From: Squalus acanthias
Taxonomy: Eukaryota
Reading direction: 5' to 3'
Assembly: GCA_030390025.1 (NCBI GenBank)
Contig: CM059432.1
Coordinates: 6,882,001 to 6,946,000 of the forward strand
DNA length: 64,000 bases
A model generated the notes under the pieces. The model made no database searches. It was not told where the DNA came from and saw nothing but the letters and a program-made list of their open reading frames with translations. The position numbers and the translations under genes are program-made. Of the stretch, positions 47,868 to 61,060 are shown in pieces; positions within the stretch are counted from its first letter, which is position 1, and each line of letters begins with the position of its first letter.

Positions 47868-48279
47868 ATGGCAGCCAAACTTTTAGAAGGCTCCCACCAA
47901 CAGCACGGATTCCTTTCTCTTACTTACACCAAAGCCGTAACGCGCAACGTCCGGCACAAATTAACATCGCGGCCCGAGCGGGTTTCGCGTAGCTTGCACC
48001 GGCTGGCGGAAGGCGTCGTAGACGGTTCTCCCCAGTACCTCCACGAGATCCTCCTCAGTGCCCAGCCATTCGACGTCGTGCTCTCTTTCCCGCTGATTCA
48101 CAAAGTGGCAAACATATTCCAAGCAAAATTGCCGAAGAAACCAAAGGCAAAGAGGAAATCAACTGGCCAGCCGATGAGGGCATATGCCCTGACATCGCGG
48201 GACTTGCCACTCATGTATATCAACGCGAGTGTTGTCCGAGTATTTTTCCCCAAAGGAGAGGACGAGCAGCGTGAAGGAG
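47868..48279 (+). CDS. VPS13B: VPS13B internal coding exon (412 nt, phase 0/1)
   Basis: gatcatgcag|ATGGCAGCC...GAAGGAG|gtaatg. Encodes MAAKLLEGSHQQHGFLSLTYTKAVTRNVRHKLTSR...LHEILLSAQPFDVV...GQPMRAYALTSRDLPLMYINASVVRVFFPK, within ORF 47808..48335. Confidence 0.95.
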
Positions 48280-48454
48280 GTAATGCATTGAACGGCATCT
48301 CTAAAATGGTAACAATTGCTAACTCTGTGTGTTGAATTTGGCTCCCTCATTCCTTTCACTTGTGTGTATCGCCTTGTCATAGGCTCCTTGGCTTAGAAGG
48401 AAATTAGGCATTAGACTTCACTAGATTCAAATCTCTCACTATGCGGTAGCTGAG

Positions 48455-48798
48455 TTTTTTTTTAATTCATTCATGGGATGTGGGCATCACTGTCAAGTGA
48501 AGGACCATTTCAGAGGGGCAGTTAAGAGTCAACCGTTGTGGGTCTGGAGGCCTGGCTAGACCGGGTAAGGACGGCAGATTTCCTTCCCTAAAAGACTTTA
48601 GTGAACCAGATTGGTTTTTCCACGACAATCCGGTAGTTTCATGGTCACCATACTAGCTTTTTAATTCCAGATTTGTTTTTTTAACTGAATTTAAATTCCC
48701 CCAGCTGCCGTGGTGGGATTTGAACTCACGTTTCCAGATCATTAGTCCAGGCCTCTGGATTACTAACCCAGTAACAAACCCACTATGCTACCGTACCC
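48455..48798 (-). mobile_element. SINE family B
   Basis: Homologous to 24042-24424. Confidence 0.8.
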
Positions 48799-48919
48799 GC
48801 TGTTAAATGCTGCAATACCATTTGATCCAATAAGTGAGGAAGATTGGACATAGCGGTGCTTTTTTATACTTACGAAACATGCCATTAATGAGTAATGCTG
48901 ATGATGTGCTGTCCTAGAA

Positions 48920-49252
48920 ACTATTTCCTCTGGTGGAGAATCAAGAATGAGGGGACATAATCTTAAAATTAGAGCTAGGCCATTTCGGATGGAAATCAGT
49001 CGGCACTTTTGCATGCACACAAGAGGTAGTAAAAATCTGGAATTCTCTCCCCCAAAAGACTGTGGATGCTGGGTCAATTAGAACCTTCGAGACTGAGATT
49101 GATAGAGCTCTGTTAGTTAAGGGTATCAAGAGGATATGGAGCTAAGGCAGGTAAACGGAGCTGAGGTACAGATCAGCCATGATCTAACTGAATGGCGGTG
49201 CAGGATCGAGGGGCTGAATGGACTTCTCCTGTTCCTATGATCCTATGTTCCT
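48920..49252 (+). mobile_element. CR1 3' end fragment
   Basis: RGHNLKIRARPF remnant and tail cctgttcctatgatcctatgttcc. Confidence 0.8.
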
Positions 49253-49814
49253 TTATCAACGTCAGTAGTAGACTTACGTGCTATTTGAAATCTACAATTA
49301 TGAAAGATTTTGCAGATTATTGCGTTATTACCGCACTTGAAAATGTTGCGTTCACAATCGACAAACCATTACAGCCACAGGTTAACCATAGTCAGATACA
49401 AAATGAAGCTCCTCCCAGAGAAACATCATAATGAACCAGTTGAACATACGATGAGATAGAACCTTTCCATTTGTAATAAAAGTGAAGAAGGAAAGAAGAC
49501 ATTAAATGCTAAAAAAAAAATGACTGCTAAGAATGAGTTTAGAAAGGCCAATTAATTTCTGTTCTAAACCTGACCTATATTCTAAGAAAGCTTATGAAAC
49601 AAATAACAAAGGGATGCAGCCAAATAATGGAAATACAATAAAATAAAGAGGTGCAGTGTGTTTTAAGCAAATAAATATCAGAATATGGGTAACGGAAACA
49701 TTGCAAAACAGGCAGCAGAGGGTGAAGAGATTAATTAATTGATGATATTAACATGCTGGCGTATTCCGGCAGCTATGGATAGCATCTCATTTAGAATGTG
49801 TCTGGGAAGGTATT

Positions 49815-50070
49815 TAAGAATTCAGGAGAAACATCTTTACCCAGAGAGTGGTAATGTGGAACTTGCTGATTACCACATGGAGTAGCGTAGGTGTATTGAA
49901 GAAGCAGCTTTCTGTAAAAAAAAACATGAATGAGAAAGGAATAGAGGGATATGCTGATAGGGTTAGTTGAAGTAGGGTGGGAGGAGGCTCGTGTGGAGCA
50001 TAAACACTGACACGGACCAGTTGGGCCGAATGGCCTGTTTCTGTGCTGTATATCCTGTGTAATCCTGTGT
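49815..50070 (+). mobile_element. CR1 3' tail fragment
   Basis: gggaggaggctcgtgtggagcataaacac...ttgggccgaatggcctgtttctgtgctgta. Related pieces at 32120-32260 (-) and 58300-58515 (+). Confidence 0.72.
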
Positions 50071-50297
50071 TAAGTTATCTAAAAATGAGTAGAGTGTTGT
50101 TTTGGAGTAGGGGTTTGTTGTGATTAGATTTTGATACGAGTGTCCGATGAATATGTTTCACTCTCTGCATCACCTGCAATTGTACACTCAATTCACACCT
50201 TAGATTGCTACGTCTCCAATAATTCAAATACTTAAATGTTGCTCATAATAAAAGGGAAGTGGATAAAAGCTGAGCAACATAAAATATTTCCTAATTA

Positions 50298-50762
50298 AAC
50301 ATAGAAACATAGGAATAGGCTATTTAGCCCCTCGAGCCTGTTCCGCCATTCAATGAGATAATGGCTGATCTGCGACCTAACTCCAGATACCCGCCTTAGG
50401 CCCATATCCCTTAATACCTTTGGCTAACAAATTTATCAATCTCCAATTTAAAATTAACAATTGATCTAGCATCAGTTGCTGTTTGCGGAAGGGAGTTCCA
50501 AACTTCTACCACCCTTTGTGTGTAGAAGTGTTTCCTAATTTCACTCCTGAAAGGTCTGGCTCTAATTTTTAGACTATGCCCCCTGGTCCTAGAATCACCA
50601 ACCAGCGGAAATAGCTTCTCTTTATCTGCCTCTATCTGTCTCCTTAATATCTTGAAAACTTCGATCAGATCACCCCTTAATCTTCTAAATTCTAGGGAAT
50701 ACAACCCGAATTTGTGTAATCTCTCCTCGTAATTTAACCCTTGGAGTCCGGGTATCATTCTG
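50298..50762 (-). mobile_element. CR1 LINE 3' fragment
   Basis: ORF 50411..50758. Confidence 0.9.
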
Positions 50763-51039
50763 GATAACGTGTTCTCCGAAGAAGCAGGACTGTTCTATAT
50801 TTTCTAAAATTAGCCAAATGCTTTTAGACTTGTTTTTGTCTTTCCCAAAATTAGGACATTTCTTTAATTGTGTGCTAATGTGTTCATTAATAGTAATGGA
50901 ATGTCTTGATTGAGAAAGTTAAATTGTATTCCTTTGTGTGTAGCATTGAAGCCATAACAGCATGTCCATTGCTTCTGTATATTTATGGTAAATTGGAATT
51001 TACAACCTTGTTATGTACATTTCCCCATTTGAAATGCAG

Positions 51040-51151
51040 GAAGTCCACAGACAAAAGAGGATACTTTGGTTCTTAAAATTGGCTCAGTATGCATGGCTCC
51101 GCAGGCTGATAACCCCCTTGGAAGAACAGTTCTGAGGAAGGACATTTACCA
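51040..51151 (+). CDS. VPS13B: VPS13B internal coding exon (112 nt, phase 1/2)
   Basis: gaaatgcag|GAAGTCCA...ATTTACCA|gtaagt. Encodes (G)SPQTKEDTLVLKIGSVCMAPQADNPLGRTVLRKDIY, matching human KEDTVVLKIGSVAMAPQADNPLGRSVLRKDIY. Confidence 0.95.
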
Positions 51152-51349
51152 GTAAGTAAATCTGAGAGGAACCATTCCTTGAAAGTTTTCTGAGTGAAGT
51201 CTGAATCTTTAGGTACCATCGTATATATGTGCTCAGTACCATGTTCAACAAAATGGACTGACATCCTGCACCCAAAGGATGCCACAAAGTTGGGTCTGCT
51301 GATTTCAACAAATCTTCTCACCTCCCTTTTCCTCCTTTAGGAAGACATT

Positions 51350-51894
51350 GAGGTAGAAATTGGAACTCGTTTCACCCGCTTTACTGGCATAAAACTGGCG
51401 CAACGAGGGCCAATTTCAGGGACTGACATCCTGCGCCACGAAGTTGTCTGACCCGATATTGGGTCTGCCGATTTTTACAGGTGGTCACCTAAAGCAGCCA
51501 TTAGATCCCTTATGTGAGTAAATGAGGGACCTACCATCTGATTTAGGCCCCATCGCTGAAATTTGATAACGGGTTTGCTCCGCTCGGGATTCTTAAGTGG
51601 GCATTAGGCGTCAAATGCTACGTTTATATAAAAAGAAAATGTTTTTAATTGTTGTTGTGGAGCAGGAGTGCTCCCCTGACACCGCAGTATCCCGATTGCT
51701 CCCTCGACCCCTCCCCGCCCATTGACACATCCCCATTGCGGGACTTACCTTTGGGCCACTGAGGCCGAGGCAAGCGGCCCAAAATTGATTTCTTCAAATA
51801 AGCGAGCTGCCAGTGGAGGCGCGGCGGGCAGCTCAGTTAATATTAATGAGGCTTATGTTTAGGCTGGCCTCGGGCACCGACAAATTTATACCCC
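51350..51894. mobile_element. PIF/Harbinger-type MITE (545 bp)
   Basis: TSD ATT (51347-49, 51895-97), imperfect TIRs gaggtagaaatt / aatttatacccc. Confidence 0.65.
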
Positions 51895-52035
51895 ATTGTC
51901 TCCTTGTTAGGGTACTGTTTCTTGGGTTCTGGTTCCCCCTAAGGTACCTTGACCAAGTGGCCATGACCCATTATTCGTGTGTAGCATTTGTACTACTGAC
52001 TAAATTGACATCAGGTAACTTAGCAGAGCCAACAT

Positions 52036-52388
52036 AATTTGATAGAGGCGTTCAAAATCATGAATGGTTTTTATAGAGTGAATAATAAGAAATTGTTTCC
52101 GGTGGCAGGAGGGTCAGTAACCAGAGGATGCAGATTTAAGGTGATCGGCAAATCACAGCGAGTTGTTGTGATCTGGAATGCGCTGCCTGAAAGGGTGGGG
52201 GAAGCAGATTCAAATAATAACTTTCAAAAGAGAAATGGACCAATACTTGACGACAACAAAATTACAGGGCTATGGGGAAAGAGCAGGGGGAGAGTGGGAT
52301 TAATTGGATCGCTCTACCAAAGAGCCGGCACAGGCACGATGGGCCGAACGGCCTCCTTCTGTGCCGTATCCTTCTATGATTCTATGAA
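52036..52388 (+). mobile_element. CR1 3' end fragment
   Basis: ORF 52039.., IEAFKIM...QRVVVIWNALPERV, tail ttctatgattctatga. Confidence 0.85.
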
Positions 52389-53636
52389 CTGGGAATTGAA
52401 GCTGGGATGTTCCTGGCCTGCATGCTGAGCTGCTTACTGATTGACCGTACTGAGGCATCGAAGGGACTCTGTAGTATGTTCTTTTAATGTTTACAATAAA
52501 GATCCCAGTTGCAAAGGATTTGAACAATGGAAAGTTATTTAAGGTGAGGAGTAAAACTGAAGTGTGATTAAAGGTGTGCATCTTGAGATGATACAGGTGT
52601 GCAACATAAACACTTTTTAAAACGTTGCATATTTATTTGCTTAAATTTCTAAATTCGCACAGTCCAGCACATGTGTACACAGTCAGTTTTGCTTAAAGCT
52701 CGTTTCAGATCTGCAACGCCTGATAAAATAAACAAGTGAAATAAAGCATAAATCAGTGTAATTCTGCAGAGAGCTCCATGCAGTAAAAATATACACCAAA
52801 AAGGGAGTGAATGCACAGGTTTCATGTCGCCGCCAACTTTGCCGCAAATCCTTTTCCGGTTGCTTTGTTTTCACTCAAATTGAAATTGTAGTCACAGACA
52901 GAAATATCATTTTACCATGATCATGCTATTTATACACAAAGAAAGATGGCATTTCATTCATTAGCCGAGGACAGGTAAGGGACAAGTATATCTTGAAGCC
53001 ATGTGGGCTAAAACTGCGGAAAAAAAGAGCGAGCCTCCCGACCGAAGCGCTCGACTAAAACATATTTTCTGTAGGCATTCCCTGCTCTGGCCTATGTTGC
53101 GTTTTGTAAACCGCACTAATCGCATGTAGATGGCAGAAAGAGGCAGATGTTGGTAATGTGAAAGATGAAAGTCGTTCTTAATTCTCTGCGGGGCTGGCAT
53201 CACTACACAAAAAAAAACCCATCAATTTAAGAGCTATTCAGTTGGGGGGAAAATGAACTGACAGCTTTGAGCTTCTACAAGTGTCTCAAGTATCTAATTA
53301 TTATGTGGGTCAGATGGTACCAATATGTTAGATATGAACATTGGCCACGGGTAATTCAGTACTGCAGAGGGAATGTCTTCAAAAACCACTTGAAAGCTTC
53401 AATAAAGTTAATACTTTGTATGTTAAATGGTAATGATTTAGTAATGTAAGATGCATTTGAAATATTAAACCAATAAATATACCATATTATGTTGTTATTT
53501 GCGTAACTATAAGTAAAGCACAGCAGCCACCTCAGGGTAAAGTTGAGCCTGGATAGTATGAACGGTAATGAAATAAAATCCTCTTTAACAGAAAAACTTT
53601 TCCATATTATTTTAAAAAAAACATTCTCTGTAGTGT

Positions 53637-54011
53637 AACAACAACAACAATTTGTATTTATACAGCGCTTTTAACATAGTAAAATGTCCCAAGGCGCTGC
53701 ACAGGAGTATTTTAAGACAAAAAATTTGACACTGAGCCACATAAGGGTAAATTAGGGCAGGAGACCAAAAGCTTGGCCAAAGAGGTTGGTTTTAAGGAGC
53801 GTCTTAAAGGAGGAGAGAGAGGTAGCAAGGTGGAGAGGTTTAGGCAGGGAATTCCAGAGCTTAGGGCCCAGGCAACAGAAGGCACGGCAACCAAAGGTTG
53901 AGCGATTATAATCAGGGATGCTGAAGAGGGCAGAATTAGAGGAGCGCAGATATCTCGGGGCGGTTGTGGGGCTGAAGGAGATTACAGAGATAGGAAGGGG
54001 CGAGGCCATGG
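53637..54011 (-). mobile_element. L2 LINE 3' end
   Basis: RAFCCLGPKLWNSLP...FKTLLKTNLF and a (CAA)n tail. Confidence 0.85.
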
Positions 54012-54544
54012 TGGTGGTGTAACATCATATGATGGTGTAACATCAATAGCATAATATCAAATCCTACTTCAAATATAATTGGTTGAGCTAAATTCTATGC
54101 TGTCATTGTAGCCTCTGGGAACTGTTGAGTGCCATTTATTGAATACGGCAGCAGTCAAAGCATTTTACGACGTAGCAATGTGTAACCTCTCATTCAAAAA
54201 GTTTCCAAGAATGTAATGTAATGGCTTAACATGCCCACTATTTGGATTGCTCAAATAGCATACCACATGTTCTTTGCAGGATATGGAAGTGATACCTCGT
54301 TAACTGAATTTGGTCTCCCACACACACACTCACTGGTCAGGTCACTGATGCATTAATTTCCATATCCCACGTACTGTCATTCAATGTCTTCCATTCAGAT
54401 GTAGTTTTGTGGTCACTGGAGATCAAATTCCCTGTCATTCATTCCATGAAGCAACTTTTCAGTCTACAGTATGACGAGGGTCTTCATAGCTATCAATTCA
54501 ATCCTTAGCAGTTCTGATAGGTCGTCAAAACAAGAGTTTGATTA

Positions 54545-55039
54545 CAACAAAAACTTACATTTATATAGCGCCTTTAACATAGTAAGATGTCCCAAGGCGC
54601 TTCACAGGAGTGTTATCAATCAAAATTTGTCACCAAGGCACATAAGGAGATATTGGGACAGGTGACCAAAAGCTTGGTCAAAGAGGTGGATTTTAAGGAG
54701 CATCTAAAATGAGGAGAGAGAGGCTTAGCGAGTGAATGTTTTTTTATTCGTTCCTGGGATGTGGGTGTCGCTGGCAAGGCCTGCATTTATTGCCCATCCC
54801 TAGTTGCCCTTGAGAAGGTGGTGGTGAGCCGCCGTCTTGAACTGCTGCGGTCCTTGTGGTGAAGGTGCTCCCACAGTGCTGTTAGGGAGCTTAGGGCCAA
54901 GGCAGCTGAAGGCACTGCCGCCGATGGTGGAGCGATTAAAATTGGGGATGCGCAAGAGGCGAGATTTGGAGGAACGCAGATATCTCGGAGGGTTGTAGGG
55001 CTGGAACAGGTTACAGATATAGGGTGGGGCGAGGCCATG
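54545..55039 (-). mobile_element. L2 LINE 3' end with nested family-B-type tail (about 54739-54885)
   Basis: Homology to 37590-37960, interrupted by ttttattcgttcctgggatgtggg...gctgttaggg. Confidence 0.78.
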
Positions 55040-55076
55040 CTTTTCTAGTTCTTGGTTAGAGACGTTAGAATCTCAA

Positions 55077-56360
55077 GGTTGAATTTTTCCGGCGCTCAGA
55101 GTGCGGGATTGGAGACGGGTCCGCTATCAAAATCACAAAGACTGACAGTGGGTCGGTATCCCGCTACAAATCCGTCTCCTTGTTAGTTTCCCAAGTGTCG
55201 GGTCTGTCATCCCTGAACAGACCCCACACCAAGCGGCGGGTCAGCCAATCTAGATAGTTAAAAGCTTATTAAAAGGTAGTTAAGAACCATTTTCCCATGT
55301 ACTTACCATTTTACCAGGTTTTCAACGAGGTTCCCGGAGAGCGGCTATCACGTCAGGCAAGTGTGTCAGGTTCTCAATGGCTGTGAATAGGTGAAAGCTG
55401 CAAAAGTGGTCTAAAACCTACCATTTCACAGCTGTTCACTTCCCAATCTTAGAAGCTGGAGCATTAATGATTTGGAACCCACTTTTGAGCTTTATGCACT
55501 TTTGATGTGTTTGGAGTAATCTCTCTATCCACTGTCACCTCCTTGGAACAACCTATCTCACCATTGACAGATTACTTCTGTCCTCTCAACCTCAACTTCC
55601 GTCAGCATCGGTACCCTTGAAAAAAATCTCACCTTGGTCCTCAGAATCCCACCACAATCAGCCCCAACACCAGCATCACTGGGCACACCAGCAGCATCAA
55701 CATCTGCACCAGATTTCTCCCCAATCAACTGATGCTGCACCGGACACAGGGCATCAGCACCCGTGCACATTGCTGCCCGGGAGGCCAGCGATGGCCTCAC
55801 CATGTCAAGATTTGCTTCACTTAACGCTGTACACCCTGGCTGCCAGATTATGCACCAGGTTGGCACTACCCCAAACCAGCACCATAAAGCATCCCTACAA
55901 TGCCCAAGCCATTCCTTTCACACTCATCACCATTGGCAGGGGAGGTGGTGGGGGGATGTTATGTCTCACCATTCACTGGAACTCACGAAGACACTTTCAA
56001 AGGTGCACACAAATCTGTCCAAGAACGCAAAGTGGTGACAATAAGGATTTCAATGCTTGACAACACATTAACAGAAAGTTTACATGAACATTGGCTAAAA
56101 CATCCAAGTGCCTACCCTTCTGTGTTGTTAGTTGATATGAATGGACTAGGATGAGGGTGAGTGTGAGGGGTGGCTAGTGAGATGGGGAAGTGATAATATA
56201 GACAGAGAGGGATGGGTGGAGGTGCAAGGTAAGTTGGTGTGAGTAAGGATGTGCAGGAGTAGGGTAGGGAAGGCAGAGTGATGGGGATGTGATGAGTATC
56301 ACAGGAGGATGAGGTTGAGTGTGGCTTTGCAGTAACGTTTCGTGATCTGCTGAGATCATC
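55077..56360 (-). mobile_element. Possible decayed Harbinger-derived fragment
   Basis: Starts with Harbinger-like terminus ggttgaatttttccgg and CpG-rich subterminal sequence. Short minus-strand peptides LVHNLA (about 55835-55855) and DLSRSR (about 56340-56357) loosely recall transposase and Myb/SANT motifs. No intact ORF. Confidence 0.35.
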
Positions 56361-56567
56361 TCTCCTAAATCTCCTACTGCTGTGAAGTATTTTGGGACAT
56401 TAATATGTTAAATGGACTATATAAATGCAAGTTGCTAAATTTACTCCCCAGCTCTATTGCGAACAACAACAATTTGCATTAATATAGCACCTTTAACATC
56501 GGAAAATGTCCCAAGGTGCTTCACAGGAGAATTATCCAACAATATTTGACACCAAGCCTTATTAGGA

Positions 56568-57930
56568 GAACATAGGAACAGGAATGGGCCATTCAGTGCC
56601 TCGTGCCTGTTCTACCATTCAATCAGATCATGGCTGACAAGTACCTCACTTCCATCTACCCACCTTTGCTCCATATCCCTTGATACCCTGACCTAAATCC
56701 ATTGATCTCAGTCTTGAAATTTTTAATTGACACAGCCTTTTGGGGTTGAGAATTCCAGATTTCCACTATCCCAAATGGCCTGGCTCTAATTTTAATATTG
56801 TGTCCCCTTATTCTGGATTCCTCTATCAGAGAATCATTGAATGATACAGCGCAGAAGAAGAACATAAGAAACAGGAGCAGGAGTAGGCCAATCAGCCCCT
56901 CGAGCCTGCTCCGCCATTCAATAAGATCATGGCTGATCCAATCTTGTCCTCAACACCACTTTCCCGCTCTCTCCCCATAACCCTTGACTTCCTTGTAGTT
57001 CAAATGTCTGTCAATCTCCGCCTTGAATATATTCAATGACTCCGCCTCCACAGCTCTCTGGGGTAGAGAATTCCAAAGATTCACGACCCTCTGAGAGAAG
57101 AAATTCCTTCTCATCTCCGTCTTAAATGGGCGACCCCTTATTCTGAAACTATGCCCCCTAGTTCTAGATTCCCCCACTAGGGGAAACATCCTCTCAGCAT
57201 CCACCCTGTCAATCCCCCTCAGAATCTTATATGTTTCAATAAGATCACCTCTCATTCTTCTAAACTCCAATGAGTATAGGCCCAACCTGCTCAACCTTTT
57301 GTCATACATCCACCCCTTCGTCCCAGGAATCAACCTAGTGAACCTTCTCTGTACTGCCTCCAATGCAAGTATATCCTTCCTTAAATATGCAGTACTCCAG
57401 GTGCGGTCTCACCAGCGCCCTGTAAAGTTGCATCAAAACTTTCCCATCTTTTATACTCCATACCCCTTGCAATAAAGGCCAACATTCCATTAGCCTTCCT
57501 AATTCGGCCCATCATGCCTGTGCCGGCTCTTTGAAAGAGCTATCCAATTAGTTCCACTCACCCGCCCTTTCCCCATAGCCCTGCAAATGTTTCCTCTTCA
57601 AGTGTTTATCCAATTTCCTTTTGAAAGTTTCCATTGAATCTGTGTCCACCACCCTTTCAGGCAGCGTATTCCAGATCATCATAACTTGCTGCGTTAAAAA
57701 AATTATCCTCATCTCGCCTCTTGGAGGAAAGAGTTTCACTATATCTACCCTATGGAATCTCTTTACCATTTTAAATGCCTAATTAGCCTGCCCCTCAGCT
57801 TTCTAAACTCACGGGAATGCAAACCAAGTTTCCAAAACCAACTTGTGCTTATAATTTAACCCTCTAAACCCTGGTATGACGCTGGTGAAATCTGCACTGT
57901 AACTCCCCTTCCAAAGTCAATATATCCTTC
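56568..57930 (-). mobile_element. Cluster of nested CR1 3' fragments
   Basis: ORFs 56656..56865, 56950..57363 and 57548..57769. The 56858-57502 copy splits another CR1 tail (56830-56857 / 57503-). Confidence 0.88.
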
Positions 57931-58915
57931 ATAATAAAAAAAAAAAGCCACCTTTATCTCCTTTAAGAGCTCGAGCTTGGAAACCTGCAGGCTCCTGTGA
58001 CACGGATTCTTCTGTTCCCATCAGAGGAAGTAGCTGTTCCCTTGACTCATGTGCTTGCACAAGAAAAATAATGTATGAAGTGCATGCGAAGCACGTAGAT
58101 CGGTGAAATGCCATTGAAGTGGGGCAATTTGCAGCAATATTTTAGATCTGCACCCCTGAGGCTGTCCTTTTGTAAATTGAGTAGAAACAGAAGCTCATGA
58201 ACACCGTCCATTTGGTTGTTTTAGTTTTTCATTTGTGTATCGTACACCGGTATATTTTTTTCTCGTTTAAAGTATAGAAATTAACATTTACCTGGCAGCA
58301 TTCCAAGTCAGGAGAAACTTCTTTATCCAGAGAGTGGCTAGAATGCGGAACTCGCTACCACGGGGAGTAGATGAGGGGAACAGCTTAGATGCCCTTAAGG
58401 AGAAGCTAGATAAGTAGATGAGGGAGAAAGGAATAGAAGGATATGCTGATAGGGTGAGATGAAGAAGGGTGGAAGGAGGCTCGTGTGGAGCATAAACACC
58501 GGCACTGACCAGTTCACTCCCAAACATTTAACTAGCAACCCTGAGCATCCATTTCACGTAGCTGTAATTGTGAATGCATGTCCTGCATGCCTGGATGTTA
58601 TAAAATGATGTGCGAGACATCCATATCCCACCCATACTTTTATATTTCTATGACGAGCCCACCTGGCCTCCACCTACTTTAGGTGTTGCCCATAACATGA
58701 GGCGGACAGAATTTATTTATTTGTTCTCAGGAGATGAACAATGCTTGCCAGGCCACAGGGCCAGGCTTATTGCCCATCTCTAGAATCATACAGCCCAAAA
58801 GGAGGCCCTTTGGCCCATCGTGTCTGTGCCGGCTCGATGAAAATCGGGGATGTGCAAGAGGCCTGAATTGGAGGAGCGCAGAGATCTCGGCGGGTTGTAG
58901 GTTTGGAGGAGGTCA

Positions 58916-61060
58916 GAACATAAGAAATAGGAACTGGAGTAGGCCATTCGGCCCCTCGAGCCTGCTCCGCCATTCAATAAGATCATGGGTGATCTTTTAC
59001 CTCAATTCCACCTTCCCGCCCGATCCCCATATCCCTTAATTCCCTTAGTTCCCAAAAATTTATCGACATCTGTCTTGAACATACTCAACGACTGAGCATC
59101 CACAGCTCTCTGGGGTAGATAATTCCAAAGATTCAAAACCCTTTGACTAAAGAAATTTCTCTTCATCTCAGTCCTAAATGGCCGACCCCTTATTCTGAGA
59201 CTGTGACCCCGTGTTCTAGATTCCCCAGCCAGTGGAAACATTTTCTCAGCATTAACTCTGTCAAGCCCCTTAAGAATTTTATATGTTTTAGTTAGATCAC
59301 CTCTCATTCTTCTAAACTTGAGGGAATATAGGCCTGGTCTACTCAATCTCTCCTTATAGGGCAATCCCCTCGTCCCAGGAACCAGTCTGGTGAACCTTCA
59401 TTGCACTCCATATAAGGCAAGTATGTCTTTCCTTAGGTAAGGAGACTAGAACTATACACAGTACCCCAGATGTGACCTCACCAATGTCCTGTATAATTGT
59501 AGTAAGACTTCTTTACTCTTACACTCTAATCCCTTTGTAACAAAAGCTAACATACCATTTGCTTTCCTAATTGCTTGCTGTACCTGCACGTTAACTTTCT
59601 GCGATTCGTGTACAAGGACACCCAGGTCACTCGGAATGCAAACATTTCCCAGTCTCTCACCATTCAAAAAATATTCTGCTTTTTTGTTTTTCCTACCAAA
59701 GTGGATAACTTCACACTTCCCCACATTGTATTCCATTTGCCATGTTCTTGCCCACTCAGTCAACCTGTCTATATCTCTCTGTAGCCTCTTTACGTCCTCC
59801 TCACAGCTTACTTTCCCACCTAACTTTGTATCATCAACAAACTTGGATACGTTACACTCAGTCCCTTCACCTAAGTCATTAATATAGATTGTAAATAGCG
59901 GAGGCCCAAGCACTGATCCTTGCGGTACCCCGCTAGTTACAGCCTGCCAACCCGAAAAAGTCCCGTTTATTCCTACTCTTTTCTGTCCATTAACCAATCC
60001 TCAATCCATGCTAATATATTACCCCCAATCCTATTAGTCCTAATTTTGTGTAATAACCTCTTGTATAGCACCTTATCGAATGCTTTTTGAAAATCCAAAT
60101 ACACGACATCCACTGGTTCCCCCTTATCCATCCTACTAGTTACATCTTCAAAAAATTCTAACAGATTTGTCAAACACTATTTCCCTTTTATAAAACCATG
60201 TTGACTCTGCCTAATCATATTGGGCCGAAAATTGATCCCGGGACGCGAGAGTACGCACTGCGTACTCTCGCGTATTCCCACTCCAATTGCCGGTTTTCTG
60301 CATGCCCTGCGCATGCGCTGAAAACCGGCAATTGCTCTTCTGAAAAGGGGGCGGGTCCTCGGTGCATCGCGTGCGCGCTACAGGCTGCGCGCATGCTGTG
60401 CACTTCATGCTTTGGACGCGCAGGTAAGTACGGAAGATTTTGGAAATGTAAAAAGGAGGAGTAAGACCCACTTTTAAGAAGGTAAGTAGTGAATTAAGTA
60501 TTTTTTTGAATTTTTTTTAACAGGTATATCTTTTTTAGAGACTTTAAAGACAGGTAAGTTTATTTTTATAACTTTTTAAAAGATTTTAAATTTTTTCAAA
60601 AATTTAATTTTTTATTTAAAATGGTTAATTTAATTAACTATACTTATTTTATTAATGTGATGTTTTTTTTAAAAATTTAATTGAGGTTTAGCTGTTATTT
60701 TGGGGGGGTGTAAGATTCATAGATTTCACAGCCGTGCTGTGAAACTTATGAATGGAAGATGGTGTGCTGCCATTGGCTCTAACTGAGTCACGTGATCCCA
60801 CAGCTCGCACGAATTCACTACGCCGCTGGGATACGCAAGCACTGCCCAGCTGATCTCTAGAACATGAAGTTCGTGCGAGCTGGATCTGAAAAAGCACAAG
60901 CGAGGTGAGAGATCGCGGGAAAGCCTTACCCCCGTGGGAACAGAGCGAGATCAATTTCTGGGCCATTATGATTTTCTAAGTGCCCTGTTACCACATCCCT
61001 AATAATAGATTCTAGCATTTTGCCTACTACTGATGTCAGGCTAACTGGCCTATAGTTCCC
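58916..61060 (-). mobile_element. 5'-truncated CR1 LINE interrupted by a MITE
   Basis: ORFs 59973..60173 (TNLLEFFE...DFQKAFDKV), 59452..59997 ([16 protein letters not shown]) and 59002..59364. Continues past 60967 (NYRPVSLTSVVGKMLES). Confidence 0.93.
60222..60964. mobile_element. PIF/Harbinger-type MITE (743 bp), copy 2
   Basis: TSD ATT (60219-21, 60965-67), same TIRs and body as 13544-14287. Removing it restores the CR1. Confidence 0.9.

Noticed and set aside
48280..51050. Alternative in-frame splice pair ATG|gtaaca (48308) to cag|ACA (51051)
   Set aside because: It is frame-compatible, but the donor is weaker and the 48279/51040 pair fits the recalled human spacing better. No evidence without RNA data.
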